NCBI GenBank assembly: GCA_951406725.2
Contig: OX597826.1
Span: 44,702,001 to 44,766,000, forward strand
Length of the DNA: 64,000 nucleotides
Origin: Octopus vulgaris
Taxonomy: Eukaryota
Reading direction: 5' to 3'
Shown: positions 25,783 through 40,870 of the stretch, in pieces
How positions within the stretch are numbered: the stretch's first letter is position 1
Layout: every line of letters starts with the position of its first letter
The notes under the pieces: generated by a model
What the model saw: the letters and a program-made list of their open reading frames with translations, nothing else
Told to the model about the DNA's origin: nothing
The model's database searches: none
Translations under genes and position numbers: made by a program

Positions 25783-28496
25783 GTAAATTTTTACCAATTT
25801 GATATCTTTATTGTAATTTCTATTGAAAATTGGAATAAACAGTTGCGCCTGCCTAAGAAAACCCATTTGTTTTCTCAGCTTAATTTATTTTAGAAAAAAC
25901 ATGATTGTCACAACTTTTCATTCCTTCTTTCTTAACAATTTACAGTTCACAGTTTTTTTGAAACGACAGTGAGAAATGAAAGACCTCTGTTTAAAAGCAC
26001 GATCAGCGAAAAATGAAAAGTTCATATAGCGTCTCTCGAACAAATGTTTGCAATATTGATAACTGATTCATCATGTCAGCAATAGTCATATAACGAATTT
26101 GTTTATTAGTTTGTTCAAATAAGAACAGTTTTCTGAACCTAGCAGTGTCAATGTAGCTGATGTTTAATTTCAAATACTTTAGTTGATCTTGATAACGAAA
26201 ACAATTTCTTTTGTAATGAAGGGGCAGGGGGTTATATTGGTTACAAATTGCTAGCATAGAATATTATCGCAGTCAACATCTATAAACACTATCACTACTA
26301 TTTCTACTACATTTCTTATCCAGAGATTTTCATTATCTCCTTCTCCTACACTTTCTAATACTATAACTACGAAATAGACACCTCTAAAAGCACAGACACG
26401 TTTCAGTCGTCGTACAGTGAAGTACACATATATTTTACTACCTCGGCTCCGTGTTACGATGCGGGCTGACGGCTATTAACAGCGTTTTTTATGGCATTAT
26501 TATTTCTAACATCAAAAGTAAGTAACCCCTGCTTCGACACCTTCTCGGGAACACTCTATGAGTCATCATCCACGGCCCCTTCTCACGACACAAAATAGCG
26601 AATTCTGAATGAGAAAGGAAGTGACCACTGTACTTGAATGTTATTTTATGTATCGATCTCAGAATAATAAGAGTACACCACACTGATATTTAAAATCAGA
26701 ACACAGAAATACAGAACAAATATTGCATAGAATTCAAGCCAAAATACTGCCAATTCGCCGTTTTAAACGTATACTATAGTTTAAATTTGTGGCGTAACAA
26801 AACACGAAAATTTCATATTGTGCAAAAGACTTATTTATTTTAATGAATAAGCAATGTTCTTCAAAGTCGTGTATCTATGTAAGCATTATTATGAAAAAAG
26901 TAATCAGTAAACCACCCTTATAATTTCAGTTACATTCTTAAACAAACAAGGCTTTTTTTCGGTAGCCGTTACTTCCTAGAGTATATAATCTGGCAGCATC
27001 TACCATTCTAAGTACCTATATAGTTTAACGGTTTCAAGTTTCTATGCAGTCGCGAGCTGATATAGACACCCAACGGCCTCCGACCCTTTATCCAGTGGAA
27101 CACCAAGAACGCTAGAGATAAAAAAATGCGTGAGGTTACCGTTATATGGCCATGTGTCAATTTTTTATTGAGCAAATCTATAGGAAAAATATTTCCCCCA
27201 TAACCACCTCACGCGTTAAGGGCATCTGGTTATACCTTATGCAAAGTATCGCTGTTTGTTTAAAAAGATGCAGTGTGATTTAAAAGAAATTTAGATTTGA
27301 TTTCTTACAAACCGATGATTACGAAGAGGCCCCCATCTTCGCAAAGAGGAAACATTGAAGAAACCCCACCAAGCGTTCCATTCTTTTAAAGAAGGAACAT
27401 AATGCTGATGGTTCACTGCAAATACCTTTGATGAAGCTGATCTACGATCAGATGCTTTACAACAATGACCATTCTGTCTTGTGATACACCAATGACCATC
27501 CTCTCTTGTGAGAGGAGGTAGGAATATATTAACAGGTGTGTTCATTCGTTATTTAAAATCGTAGCAAATTTATCTGTTATATCTAGAAGGGAGGGTAACC
27601 ATGTACAGTTTTGCTTATTGACACATCATTAGCTGCTGATAACTCATGTACTGTTCGAGCAGGTCTATGAGCATAGGCTTTGCGGCGCTGGCTATCGTAT
27701 CCTTTTGTGAACACATGCGAATATATTATCGAAAATATCCTTTCCCCATATGAAATGGCATTGTGGGATGCAAGGCTGGTTTAGCTTTATTTCCAGAAGA
27801 GTGGTTAATCCCGTACAGGTTCACACACTGTCACGTAGGCGCATCTCTTATTGGTTCGCGACATGTCCCGTATTATATTTCCTGAATCGTCGCAATGTTC
27901 ACATTTATAACTTCAAAACCGACGATATTTTTACTCATTCATAGTCATATAAACCGGATACAGGCACAATACTTATCAATCAAGCTTACTAAAATACGTT
28001 GTGATAAATGTCTGAGTTTATTTATGCACATTATTTAGTACGAATAGCTCTGTTCATACAACATAATATTCTGTAGCAGACTTCTACGTGACACAATACT
28101 GTTTGGCTTTGGAACATAATATTTGCACATCACAACAAATCATACCGGTTCTCAATTGACAAAGGACAAACAAGCACTTATAAAGAACTAAAATGCTGCA
28201 GTATTAATAGTCATGATACATTACCGATAGATCTAAATGTAACTAGAAGTGATATATGTACATATATGCAAATAGGTAGATAGATAGACAGACAGAAAGA
28301 CATACAGATAGATATAGATGTACAGACATATGAAAGTATACCAACGTACATCTATCTATCTATCTATCTACGCATCTATAGTTTACGTCATGAGACTTTT
28401 TCTATTCCAAGGATTTTTAAACCAAGTATTTACACGCCAATATTTATGGCTTTATCTACTTCGAGTCAAACATTAAAAACGAATGATTTTATATAC

Positions 28497-28552
<56 letters not shown>

Positions 28553-28749
28553 GTATGTATATGTATATATATGTATATATACATATGTATGTATATATAC
28601 CTACCTACATACATGGACATATCTAACGAAAGTTTTTTTATATATGTATACACAAATATTGTTATTAATAACTGCATCGTTTCTTTCCAGTCAAACTGAT
28701 AGCTGACCGTTCAAGGAAAATTTCAAAAGAAACTAGTTGCATGTTCTCT

Positions 28750-29452
28750 CGAAAATAGACAAACCTTGGCATTGTGGTATTAACTAGTAACTGCAGAATG
28801 AGAGCTTAGTCCACCAAGGATATTCATGCTGGCATGGTTGCTACATTAAGGGATGACATTCCAGATTTATCAACAATGCAAAAGTAGGCAGCAGAATTCA
28901 GGAGAGAAAAGAGAGTCTTGAACACGATCAAAGTTCTGGACGTTCTGCAACTGCAACCACCGATGAAAGCATTGATCATATCTTCACAGTGGGATATATC
29001 AGAGGCGGTTAACTATAAATCAAATAGTCAATGCTATTATCAGTTCTCGTGAGCGTGTTGAGAATATTCTGCACTATGGACTTGGATTCTGCTCGGTGGC
29101 TACCACGTCTTCTGACACCTGATGAAAAAAACACCAGGTTGATCAAATCACGGGAACATCTGATACTCTTTGAGGCAGGTCCTGCCGGTTTCTTTGAAAG
29201 CCTCCTAACCAAGGATAAGTGTTGGCTTCATCATTTTGAACCAGAGATAATGACAGAATCCATGTAGTGGAAATACTCCAAAGAAGGCCAAGGTCGTATC
29301 ATCTACACTGAAGTTGATGGCCTCTCTTTTTGGGAACACAAACGGCATTGTGTTTACTGACTATTTTTCAAAATGGTCACATTATAAATGAAGTACACGC
29401 TGCCAATTTGCTGAGGCAGTTACAAAAGGTTATCAAGATCAAATGTCCAGGG
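28750..29452 (+). pseudogene. Decayed mariner transposase
   Basis: KDIHAGMVATL, SGRSATATTDESIDH, ARWLPRLLTPDEK (WVPxxL motif), LTKDKCWLHHFEPE (first catalytic D region). Confidence 0.88.
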
Positions 29453-30769
29453 CTCTCATCAGCTTGCTCAGCCGATGAACGTTTTAGCCGACCCTCATAG
29501 ATTGATAGATGAATAGGTAAATTAATACATATACAGATGTATGTATGTGCGTGCAACTATGCATACATACATACATACATACATACATACATACATACAT
29601 ACATACATACATACAAACATATATACACACCTGCAAACACTTGCATTCACACGCGTATACATAAGAAAACGAACACGTACGCTTTGCTTTCATCATTTCT
29701 TCATTCCTTTTCACTTTAGAAATTTCTATTACTTTTATTAAACTAAACATTAAAATACATCTTTTTCAAAGGAAATTTTTTCAACCAATTCAGTATATCA
29801 TAGTTTACTTATTCTCTTTCATGTTGGAGGAACGTGTATCTTTGAATCTTGTAAGGAATCCGAAACCCTGGAAATGACGCTTTTTAATACCTTTGTAGAA
29901 GTTTGTTTAATATAATTTCGTATTCAGATGTCTGAAGCTTCAAGTCACCAGTGTGCAATTTAAAGAAATTGGTTATGTAGTGTACTTTTTTGTGTGTGTT
30001 TACCATTTCATACTCATCATTCTCGAGACATAGAATTTAATGAAATTGAAACAGATGGACAAATTAGTATAATTTGACCTAAAATTTCCAAGAAGGTAAG
30101 AAGATGCTGTCTTTACTTCAGCTTAAAAGCTACTAATGTATCATGAAGAAAGGGATGTTGCAGATTTTGCTTGTCACTGTTTTATGGGATCAGTTTTAAT
30201 TTATGGACTAGTTTATCAAATCTTTGTATATCTAAGGCGAAAAGAACAAGGAGTAGTGCCTACAAGGAAGGGGGATGAGAGAGTCGACAGATATCATAGT
30301 ACTCAAAAGTATTCAAAGAAATTTTATCCTTTTGTTATAATATGATTCTTAATAATATTCTTGACTACCCTAAATTTTAACTTTATACAATATGGCAATA
30401 TTGTTTGAAAATGGTCTTTTGAAATTACTTGATTTATCCCTTTTCTTAAAGTGATCTACCCTCCTGATCTTAGTATTTATAAGGGCCTTTACATACGTAG
30501 CCCTTCTAATTAAGTACCCATAGGAAACTATATATATCATGTATGGAGTAACAATAATAACTTCTAAATCCTATAATATACCTCATTAGTCTTAAAATTA
30601 GTATATAATTAGAATGTCCTATAACATCAATATTCCTTTAGCTAATACCAGGTATCAGTCTTTATTGATAATAGCTAAATAAGTGTATAAATAATTATTA
30701 GTTTAGTATGCTTAAATTATTTTACCCGGAACCATGTGGTTGCTAAGTTGGCTTCTTACCACACAGCCA

Positions 30770-30822
<53 letters not shown>

Positions 30823-31317
30823 TGTTGATTATCAGCATGTTATAGATCGCTTCTATATTCGGTGGCTGGTGAGCCGAGGACTGCAAACTGTATTTTATAA
30901 TCTTATGTTCATAGACGACTGTACCGTGTTTACGTCTCAATAGACACTTTTACTGAAACAACTGTCGCAGTACCAGATAACCCATTCGTCTGTTTTTGTT
31001 ATACTTTTTACACCACACTTAATGTTCCGTTCTTCTTTGGATACTAATGGAGTTGCAGATTACCAAACAATATCGAACTTAACTTCATCGATGCATTACG
31101 GTCTATTATATTGGATTACGTACTTAACTGTATGATTTGCGTCATTATGACTGGCCATTAATTGTGGTGCGTTGCATTTTAATATGAATAGATCCTTAAT
31201 GGATCCACTCTAATCAAATCTTTCTATCTGCCCCTATGTATGCTTGTGTGTGTGTGTCTCTGTCTCTCTGCTTCTGTCACCCACTCTCTCTTTTTCTCTC
31301 TTTCTCTGTATGCATAC

Positions 31318-31365
<48 letters not shown>

Positions 31366-31425
31366 TATATACATATATACGCATACACACACATGCACAC
31401 ATATATATATGCATGTATGTATATA

Positions 31426-31638
31426 AAGTTAATCGAAACATCAAAGCACAAGAAAAAACACGACAACGCGAGGACGTGGAACAAATATAGTATTATTGGA
31501 CGCTCAGGAAAGAAGGAAAGAAGAAGGGTTTAACGTTTCGAGCGGAGCTCTTCGTCGGAAACATAGGAGAAGGAAAGATCCTGAGAAGAGAAGACAGAGG
31601 AAAAAAATCGCCAACGGTACACACGCGGTCACATTTTG
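31426..31638 (-). mobile_element. Second copy of the ~210-bp hammerhead-bearing element within TA-rich microsatellite
   Basis: Reverse complement of 16140-16353. Confidence 0.75.
31528..31562 (-). ncRNA. Variant minimal hammerhead-like motif
   Basis: GUUU-CCGACGA-A-GAGC(UCC)GCUC-GAAAC-GUU-AAAC; differs from the 16215 copy only in the helix II loop. Confidence 0.55.
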
Positions 31639-31665
31639 AATGTATTTTTATATATATATACTAGA

Positions 31666-31713
<48 letters not shown>

Positions 31714-31788
31714 CATATATATGTATATACATATATATATGTATCTATATATATGCATATATGTATATATGTATATACATATATATAT

Positions 31789-32190
31789 ACTCTTTACTCT
31801 TTTACTTGTTTCAGTCATTTGACTGCGGCCATGCTGGAGCACCGCCTTTTAGTCGAGCAAATCGACCCCGGGACTTATTCTTTGTAAGCCCCCTACTTAT
31901 TCTATCGGTGTCTTTTGCCGAACCGCTAAGTGACGGGGACGTAAACACACCAGCATCGGTTGTCAAGCAATGCTAGGGGGACAAACACAAGCACATACAC
32001 ACACATATATACATACATGCATATATACGACAAGCTTCTTTCAGTTTCTGTCTACCAAATCCACTCACAAGGCATTGGTCGGCCCGGGGCTATAGCAGGA
32101 GACACTTGCCCAAGATGCCACGCAGTGGGACTGAACACGGAACCATGTGGTTGGTTAGCAAGCTACTTACCACACAGCCACTCCTGCGCC
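31789..32190 (-). mobile_element. Full-length family B SINE
   Basis: Reverse complement of 10881-11300; ends cacagccactcctgcgcc. Confidence 0.92.
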
Positions 32191-32242
32191 TATGTATATG
32201 TATATATGTATATTTATATATATATGTATATATATGTATATA

Positions 32243-32378
<136 letters not shown>

Positions 32379-32384
32379 TATATA

Positions 32385-33420
32385 ATCAGGTATATAGCTT
32401 CTGCAGTGTTCTAACGGGGAGGTTCTACCGACAGTTAGACAACTGTGTAACGCCGGACAATAATTAAGATGTTACGTATCAGGCTGTGTCTACGTTCAAG
32501 TCCCGACTTGTGGGAAGTACTACATGACAAACAGCAATTGTACACGCTTAATTTCCAGGCGTCTTTTATAACTACAGTAGTCTCGGTGGTGCATGTCTGC
32601 ATGTCAAGAGCCACATTTTACCGACCGATCCATAGAAATATTTTTGACCAACTAGCGAGTGGTACGTATTGATTCTAAAACAAATGAAAGAGTTGATGAC
32701 GTATTCTAGCCAAACAATATCTTTGGTAAGATATGAGGTCAAATTGTAAGTAAGGCGTTGTATGCATTTGCCGCTTCTCTCTCATCTTCGAGAGAAAGTT
32801 TAATTATAACCCATTCCAGAGTAAGACTAAGTTCTGGCTTCTAGTCTCATTCCAGTTATTACTACATGAATTGGAACCCAAGCTTGTTAAGATAACTAAT
32901 TACTATAATTTGCTTCTCTAAGGGTGGACTTAGCGGGATAGGTCTTTGTTTCTGGTACCGCCTCTTATACTTTTTAAACTGTACAAAACGCTTTGACTCC
33001 TGTGGTAGACAACAATTATTACAACGACCTCGTTCGTGTATGTTGACACAAATTTCCAAAGTCCCAGTAACAGCAGGATGTTCTTCAATATGTATTTTGC
33101 AATTGTCCATGAATCAGTAGATACAAATTCGAGCACACCATTGATGAGCCAAGCGTGTGATTCGAAAACGTTCCGTGACATGACAATTTAGCGAAATCAC
33201 TCAACAGATAAAACAATGCACTGAAGCAAAAAAAAAAACCCTTGGAAATGTTATTCCCATAAAAAGTGCTGAGTTCGACATAAGAGAAAGAAAAAAGAAA
33301 TTACACAGCCATTGGAGTAGCGCTAGTAAATTTGATTGATGATAATTTCCGCTTCATGCTACAAAAGTCATCAATAATTCTTTTATCTGTTTCCACCATG
33401 GTTTGAACCTGTGCACATCG
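32385..33420 (-). mobile_element. Highly decayed R2/NeSL-like RLE LINE 3' fragment
   Basis: Minus frames give [23 protein letters not shown] (CCHC/RHN region) and [15 protein letters not shown] (EP..PD endonuclease motif) across frameshifts. Confidence 0.5.
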
Positions 33421-34359
33421 TTCGCTTGCACTTGAAACGTTTGTAAACCTGTAAAATATGGTAATTGCTATTTTGCCGCTTGTTTTACGTATACAAATAT
33501 AGAATGTTCGTGTATGTGTGTGCGCTTGTGTGTTTGTGCGTGTGTGTGTGTACGTGTGTACGTGTGTACGTATGTGTCGACTAAATGTTCACCACGTACT
33601 TTCTGCAACCATATCGATGGTTGATTTTATAAAATTATACGTGTGTATTGCATTACTTTTGTTGTTAAATATAATCAGAAGGTCCGGCTAGTTTCATACC
33701 CGTCTTATATCCGGTTCTATAACTGTAGTCGTCATTGAAAGCTAATGGAAGCTGTATATTTTAAGATTTATAACTACAACTTTTATTACACATGACCTCT
33801 AACATTCAATAGAATCATTATAGCTTAAGATAATCATATCTGAACATGCAAAATAGTGTACTGATATAGCCAAATGAATATTCTCTGTTTGGATTCTAGT
33901 TTTCAATATGAAAATGACAGGAACAGCTATTTATTTTCATACAGTATTAGGAAAATGAGAAGATGATATCCTTTAATTGTGTATATTTTCTCTAACCTAT
34001 ACTTATATTTAAGTGTACAATCGCACGTAAATGGCAAGACGCACGCACAAGCACAGCCACAAATATAGACATGTATATATATATACATACATACATACAT
34101 GTATATATATATAGATATATATACACATATATATATAGATATATATACATATATATATATATGCATATGTATATATATATAGATATTTGTACACATGTAT
34201 GTGAATTTATATATCTGTATATATATATATATACTTATACACACACGTGCGTACATACACACACACGCGCCCTCAAGCACGAATATACAGGCATATAGGT
34301 TTGTATATGTTTAAGTATATAAAAATATAACCGTAAATATACTTATATATTATATACGG

Positions 34360-34408
<49 letters not shown>

Positions 34409-34687
34409 CATATATACAGATAATATATACATGCATACATAGATACATTCACAATGATGGAGTCTCACATATGCCTTATAGTGAATTGAACAACTTAAAT
34501 AATTTTTTTCTATATTTTATTTTTTTTGCAATTACTAGTCAAATAATACTGTCTAGGGGTGTTTAATATTCAGGAAGAAAATAAATAGTTAACACAGTTA
34601 ACACAAAATTTTCTTATACACATTTAAAAAAAATTAAATACTGCAAAACAGACGACTTATGAAACCCTCGGACATCTCTTAATATTG

Positions 34688-34848
34688 ATTTCAAATTTTG
34701 GCACTTGGCCAGCAAGTTCAGGGGAGGAGAAAGTCAATTACATTGACCGTAGAGCTCAGAGGAATTTGAATTTAGAACGTAAGAATGAACGAAATGTTGG
34801 AAGTCATTTTGTCCGGCGTGCTAACCATTCTGACATCTCACCGCCTTA
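34688..34848 (-). mobile_element. Internally deleted family A SINE
   Basis: ggaatttgaatttagaacgtaag..gtccggcgtgctaaccattctgacatctcaccgcc. Confidence 0.75.
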
Positions 34849-35197
34849 GCACATCTTTTAACATTATTAGTTACTAGCTGACCACGTTCCGTCAATAATG
34901 ACGGCGAATTGGAGTATTTTATACATAAATAAGCTACAAAATACCAATCACATATACAAACATTCACATTCTTCCCTTGTACACGCACACACGTCCATAT
35001 ATTCACATAGAGTTGAAACACTGATTTTTTTCACCCCTTCCTTCCTTATTCATCTATCACCCCGTCATTTCTTTCATTGCTATTACTTTCTCTCACTCAC
35101 TCTCAGTCAGGGCTATTACTCTCACTACTTCTCCTTCACTTGTCTGGCGTGATTCTGAATAAATGTATATATATATATATATGTGTGTTTGTGTGTG

Positions 35198-35261
<64 letters not shown>

Positions 35262-37079
35262 AATATATAAAAGCACTACGCTCATTTTATTTTAGTTGAT
35301 AGTCAGCTGGGCATGTGAAGTTATAATCAAACCGGCATTAAGTTACAAAGCCTTACTTAGCTACATGATAAATAGACATCGGTATTATTAAACAACAGAA
35401 ATGAGTAATATGATAATTATGCTGGACCAAAAATCCTAGAAGACGGAGCGCATATTTTGTACTCAACTAAGAATTTAATACTTCAGAATTACTACTGGTT
35501 TCATCTCAAAATACTAATCTTCAGACCAGTAGGTGTTGGCAGATAGTTGCTAATAGCTATTTCATGACCATAAATAAGTGGTCCTCAAATACCAATTTAG
35601 CGTGGGAATTGTGGTTGGTCTCTCTTGTCGTTCCGACGAATAAGAATTCTGCAAGACACAGCTGCACAGTGTACTTAGTTCAGTGTTTTGTTGTATTGTC
35701 TGAGAAAGAACGACAATACTGGTGCCATGGTTTGCAAAACAAACAGCACGATGAATATTAACTAATTTCCTGGTAGCAATGAGGATACATGATTTATATG
35801 GAGTTATCTACTTTCAGATGAACAGCCTAGAAAGCTAAATCGCCACATCTGCCCTTATGAGTGTCTGTGAGTGAACTTTGTACATAGACAATTCAATGAC
35901 AGACTAATTAACATACAGCTGGTCTTCTGACATGCGCTATTGTTTCAGATCAGAGTAAACCAGGAAAAATAATGGATAAGAGTTGGTACCACATTCATCT
36001 AAACTTAGGAAACCCTGTACCATTTGCCTTAGTAGTGGATGCAATTTGAAGTTATACCCAGAGCAAACTGTTGGAAGTAGGTAATTGAACAGTTCTGAGT
36101 GGGATGTGGAGTGTTTCGAACTCTTATTGTTTGCTTTTGTGCGGTCAATGTGTATTTGTTTATGTTTGTGTATTGGTACATGTATATGTCTGTATGTGCT
36201 TGTTAGTATGTAAAACAGAATGGTTTAGTTTAGATGCATTAAATGGATTCTGTATGCGATAATAATTTAAGGGAAAAAAACGAATCGAAATTTTGGCTAT
36301 GGTATTTTTCATAGAAGGTCAAATCGATACCACTGGGAGATAAGTAGTCTTATCTTACTCACGAGATGGTGTTTGAGACATGGGGTCATTATATGGTACT
36401 GAGTGAGTGGCGTTTACTTTAACAGTGTGTGGATCTTTACGGAGGACGTTCTTCCTACTTAAATTTTCATTTCAGTTTTATGTTGTTCTCCATGTTTGGA
36501 GATGATTTTTTCCTTTGTAATGTCCATTAACTCTGTGACGTGTATCATCACTGGCATCTCCAGTGTAGTAGTTCTATGGGATAAAGTTTTGGGAGTTAAT
36601 TGTACCGAAACTACGCTGATTCTTGACCACGTAATTGTCGACGAGTAACCCATGCTTAATTGCACTTTTATTCTAATAGACTTCCATGCCGTTTTGCTTC
36701 CATTTTGGCAAAATTTATAGACATATATATACATACATACATACATACATACATACATACATACATACATACATACATACATACATACACACATACATAC
36801 ATACACACAAACACACTTGCACATATAGTCATACGAACATGTATGTATGAATATTTGCATGTATGCATACATGTGTGTGTATGTGTGTGCGTGTGTGCGT
36901 TTGTGCTTTTATGTGTGTGTATGGAAATGGCCATAAAAATGTTCAAAAGTAATTTCCTAGTAGTTGAGATAAACACGTATAATTCCAAGCATAGACATTT
37001 AACCGGATATTTGAACAAACCGTTCTACATTTATAATTATATCTCTACCATCACCTAGAATTATGAATTATTGTCGTCA

Positions 37080-37830
37080 CAAAACATTCCAGATCCTAGA
37101 ATTATCAATTCTATGCGTTGGTAGCAATTCCAAAGCCTAATCTTTTGTTAGAAATTCTGTTTGTGCGACTCTTTTGGGCCCTGTTAATTTCAAATCTATT
37201 CAAGTTTGGTGTTGTAGAGTAGGAGACCTCCAGTAACCACCAGTCAAAGAAAGGGTTGTATTCATTTCATATTATGATAGAAAATGCTCTGTGACGAGTT
37301 AAAGAAGGGCTTACAATGACAGAGGTTAATATTAAGTTGAAAGTGATGTTGTACCATAGGTTGTTTTGCTGTTTCAATTTCATAATTATTATTTGTGAGG
37401 GGAGAATGCGATATCTCTTCTTTAAAATCTAACCTTTTTAAAGTGTTATTATAGTCATATGTGATATAGTTATGTAAGCTTTGTTGCTTCATGAGTTTAT
37501 AAGTAAAGGATACATTTTTGAGGACTGTTTTCAGTTAGCAACGATCGGTCTGTGGTTGTTTGCTATGCGTATATGTTGAATATTTCATTGGTTTTTTAAT
37601 GATATGTATTGAAAGTCTTTGTGATGAGAAGTATAATATAAACAGTCCGCTGTTTAATTCTGGTTTCATTGTGATTTCAAGCCGTATATTTTTAGCTAGA
37701 AAATAGATTTTATCTATCTTTACTAGTGGCTCTCGAGTTATGTCGTTAAGGATTGATTTGCACGTCGTCTCTATAGAAGCCACTGTCAGCGTGTAGAAAT
37801 TCAGCATGTACGTTGTGTTACAGAAAGAGT
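37080..37830 (-). mobile_element. Penelope-like element RT/thumb remnant
   Basis: Minus frames give RLEITMK, SNHRPI and NNLWYNITFN, resembling PLE motifs L.ITIE.N, SNHPP.I and IIWFNPPF. Confidence 0.5.
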
Positions 37831-37855
37831 CGAAACAAGTAACTTAACTCATATT

Positions 37856-38437
37856 TATTTCTTTATTGCCCACAGCGGGCTAAACACAGAGGGGACAAAG
37901 AAGGACATACAAAGGGATCAAGTCGATTACATCGACCCCAATGCGTATCCCCAAAGTATCAAAGGCAAACTTGACCTCGGTGGAATTTGAACTCATAACG
38001 TAATGGCAGACGAAATACCTATTTCTTTACTACACACAAGGGACTAAACACAGAGAGGACAAACAAGGTCAGGATAACGGATTAAGTCGATTATATCGAC
38101 CCCATTGCATAGCTGGTACTTATTTAATCGACCCCGAAAGGATGAAAGGCAAAGTTGACCTCGGCGGAATTTGAACTCAGAACGTAGCGGCAGTCGAAAT
38201 ACCTATTCCTTTACTACCCACAAGGGGCTAAGCAGAGAGGGGACAAACAAGGACAGACAAACGGATTAAGTCGATTATATCGACCTCAATGCGTAACTGG
38301 AACTTATTTAATCGACCCCGAAAGGATGAAAGGCAAAGTCGACCTCGACGGAATTTGAACTCAGAACGTAGCAGCAGACGAAATACTGCAAAGCATTTCG
38401 CCCGGTGTGCTAACGATTCTGCCAGCTCGCCGCTCTT
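37856..38437 (-). mobile_element. Head-to-tail trimer of family A SINE bounded by one 22-bp TSD
   Basis: One head plus three body units. TSD aaca(a/g)gta(a/c)cttaactcatatt at 37834-37855 and 38438-38459. Confidence 0.9.
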
Positions 38438-38851
38438 AACAGGTACCTTAACTCATATTACACAAATGCAACCAAGCTGATGTGAAAGGCTTCATTGTAC
38501 TTCTTTTTGTATGCAAATTTTTGGCTCCCTAATTCAGCTTTATCGGGTTTTGAATATAACGTTTTAATTTTGTTCGGGGATAGGCTACAACAGGTTGAGA
38601 TGTGGGAATTAGTTTAGTGTCTTGTACATTGTGGTATGTGTGGTTGAATTGTGACAGCATTCAGTTTCCAATAATATTTACGTGTGTAAGTTTGTATATA
38701 TGTACGCATGGTTGTTTATATGTATATACATACATATATACTAACATATATACATAAATATATACACACGCATATACATACATATATATATAAATATATA
38801 TATATTCATATAATCACACATGTATGCGTATCAGTATTTGTATATATATTT

Positions 38852-38895
<44 letters not shown>

Positions 38896-39621
38896 ACACA
38901 TATATATATATATATATATACATGTATATATATATACACACATATATACATATATGTATACATGTATACACACACATATATGTTTATATAAATATATTTG
39001 TATAGAGAGAGATAAATAGGTAGGTAAATAGATAGATAGATACATACATACATACATATATACATACATTCATACATACATAGAGAGGTAGCTAGATATA
39101 TGTGTGCATGTAGTGATGCATGCTTTTATACTTGTAAATATATTTGTATACCTATTTATATTTATATACATACATAATACATACATATAGATTTATGTGT
39201 GAGTGTGTGTGTGTATATATGTTGGAGTACGTGTGCTCTTTGTGTGTGTATGTATGTAGCGTAACTGAAGATTATATCCAAAGCTACCAACCTAAAAATG
39301 TGAAGTGTAATATGCATATTTGTATTGTACAGATTGTAATATAATAGACTAAATGATAATTCTATAAAGCTCTAAGTCTTTAGCTATTCTGCTTTGTAAC
39401 ACTATTATTAACGGTAATATAAATGTGTGGCAAGATGTAAAGTATTTCAGATCTATATCAATAACTTTATCGTAGAAGTTACAGCAGTAAGCATTAAATA
39501 TACATTGCTTGTCAAAATTCTATGCAGTTATTGGTATACAGAAATCTGATATATATATATTTCGAATAGTACCAGACAAAACAAAATTATTAATGATGTA
39601 TTTTCTGAAATTTTACACTAG

Positions 39622-39660
39622 AATTCGTCTTATTGGTCCAAATTGGATATTGGAAGAATT
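39622..39660 (+). CDS. Candidate 39-nt internal exon (IRLIGPNWILEE in phase 2)
   Basis: ttttacactag acceptor and gtaagc donor; frame-compatible with 44049-44135. Confidence 0.25.
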
Positions 39661-40752
39661 GTAAGCCCGTGAGATATATTGAATGTAAAATTATTGTTAT
39701 CTGAAAGAATGTAGTTTGCTAAACGTTTATTACACGAAATACTTGTTAAATTATTTTGAAATTACTTTTCTTTGCTTATCACTTACCCACTCAGATTCGT
39801 GATCGTTTATACTAAACATTCCTAAAAACCATTTCTTAAGCATTTCTTATAACGCTCTATTTTCATAAATAACATATGTCCATTTATGATGTGTACCGTA
39901 TAGCATTGTAGCTCTCCTCTCTCTCTTCCAGAATTATAGTTATTAACGGCAAAAATATTCGCTCTGTCTTGGACATGTAGCTCTTCATTTAATTTACCGA
40001 TGAAATTAAGTGAAGTTAGGTAAAACTATATCTTAACCCTTAGAAACTACAAGTACGTTTAGCGAGTGCGATTTCGTTTAACTGCGCTTCTTGGAAAATA
40101 AAAGTGTCAAATTTTGGCACAAGGCCAACAGTTTTAGGAAGGAGCCGAGTCGATTACATCAAACCATGTGTATACTTGTCTTGAGTTTCAAGAGGTATAT
40201 CTTATTGAAATTACTCCCGATAAAGCGTACTCCTGGCTGCATAAGTTTAAAATGACCTAATTAGAAAGAAAGCCCCTGTGTCATTACCTGACTTGTTAGA
40301 ATTAAATTTTACATTTACCTCAAATCATTCTGTATCCTCCGAAATGAAGAGGACATTATAGCTGTTGTATTTTCAAGAGCACAAGTGTATATGGCCACAG
40401 AGTACTTTTCGTCATATGTCTACACCTACCACAGGTCATGTTTGATGTCAAGCTAAATAGAAGGAGCAGCAATTATAGCAGCAGCAGCAGCAGCAACTAC
40501 AACAACAACATAATTTGATATCTGGATATGATACATCTCAAGGAAGAGTAACGATAAAGAAGTCAAAAAAAAAACGTACATATCACCCTCATTAAAACGC
40601 CACATGTGAGGCCAGCTTCGGATAAAACCGATGAAATTGAATTAAGCTAACAATGACTGAATATCTTATCTTCTGCCGCCATTTTTATTTGTTGGTACTT
40701 CAATAATTAGGCCTCTGTTAATGCTATGTTTTACATTATGGTTTCAAAACAG

Positions 40753-40870
40753 AATGATAGCCTCAGCTATAATCATGTGACATTCTCTGAGGATCAAAAA
40801 CTGGAACGTATAGAAAAGATAAACGCTGGTGTTTCGGTCGTGAGAATTTCTGAAGAATATTAAGTTAGAG
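40753..40870 (+). pseudogene. Tigger/pogo transposase N-terminal (CENP-B/psq HTH) remnant
   Basis: YNHVTFSEDQKLERIEKINAGVSVVRISEEY*V resembles the Tigger N-terminal consensus (H.TLS..QKLEIL.KL..G.S...L.EEYGV). Confidence 0.55.

Noticed and set aside
26407-26517. Plus-strand exon with gtaagt donor (MALLFLTSK) or in-frame TGA readthrough
   Set aside because: Too short, no frame fully open, and no SECIS or homology evidence.
30136-30345. Possible piggyBac remnant (VDRYHSTQKYSKKFY)
   Set aside because: Similarity is too weak, and no TTAA/TIR or other motifs were seen.
36459-36716. Possible LINE endonuclease remnant on the minus strand
   Set aside because: No diagnostic motif could be read with confidence.
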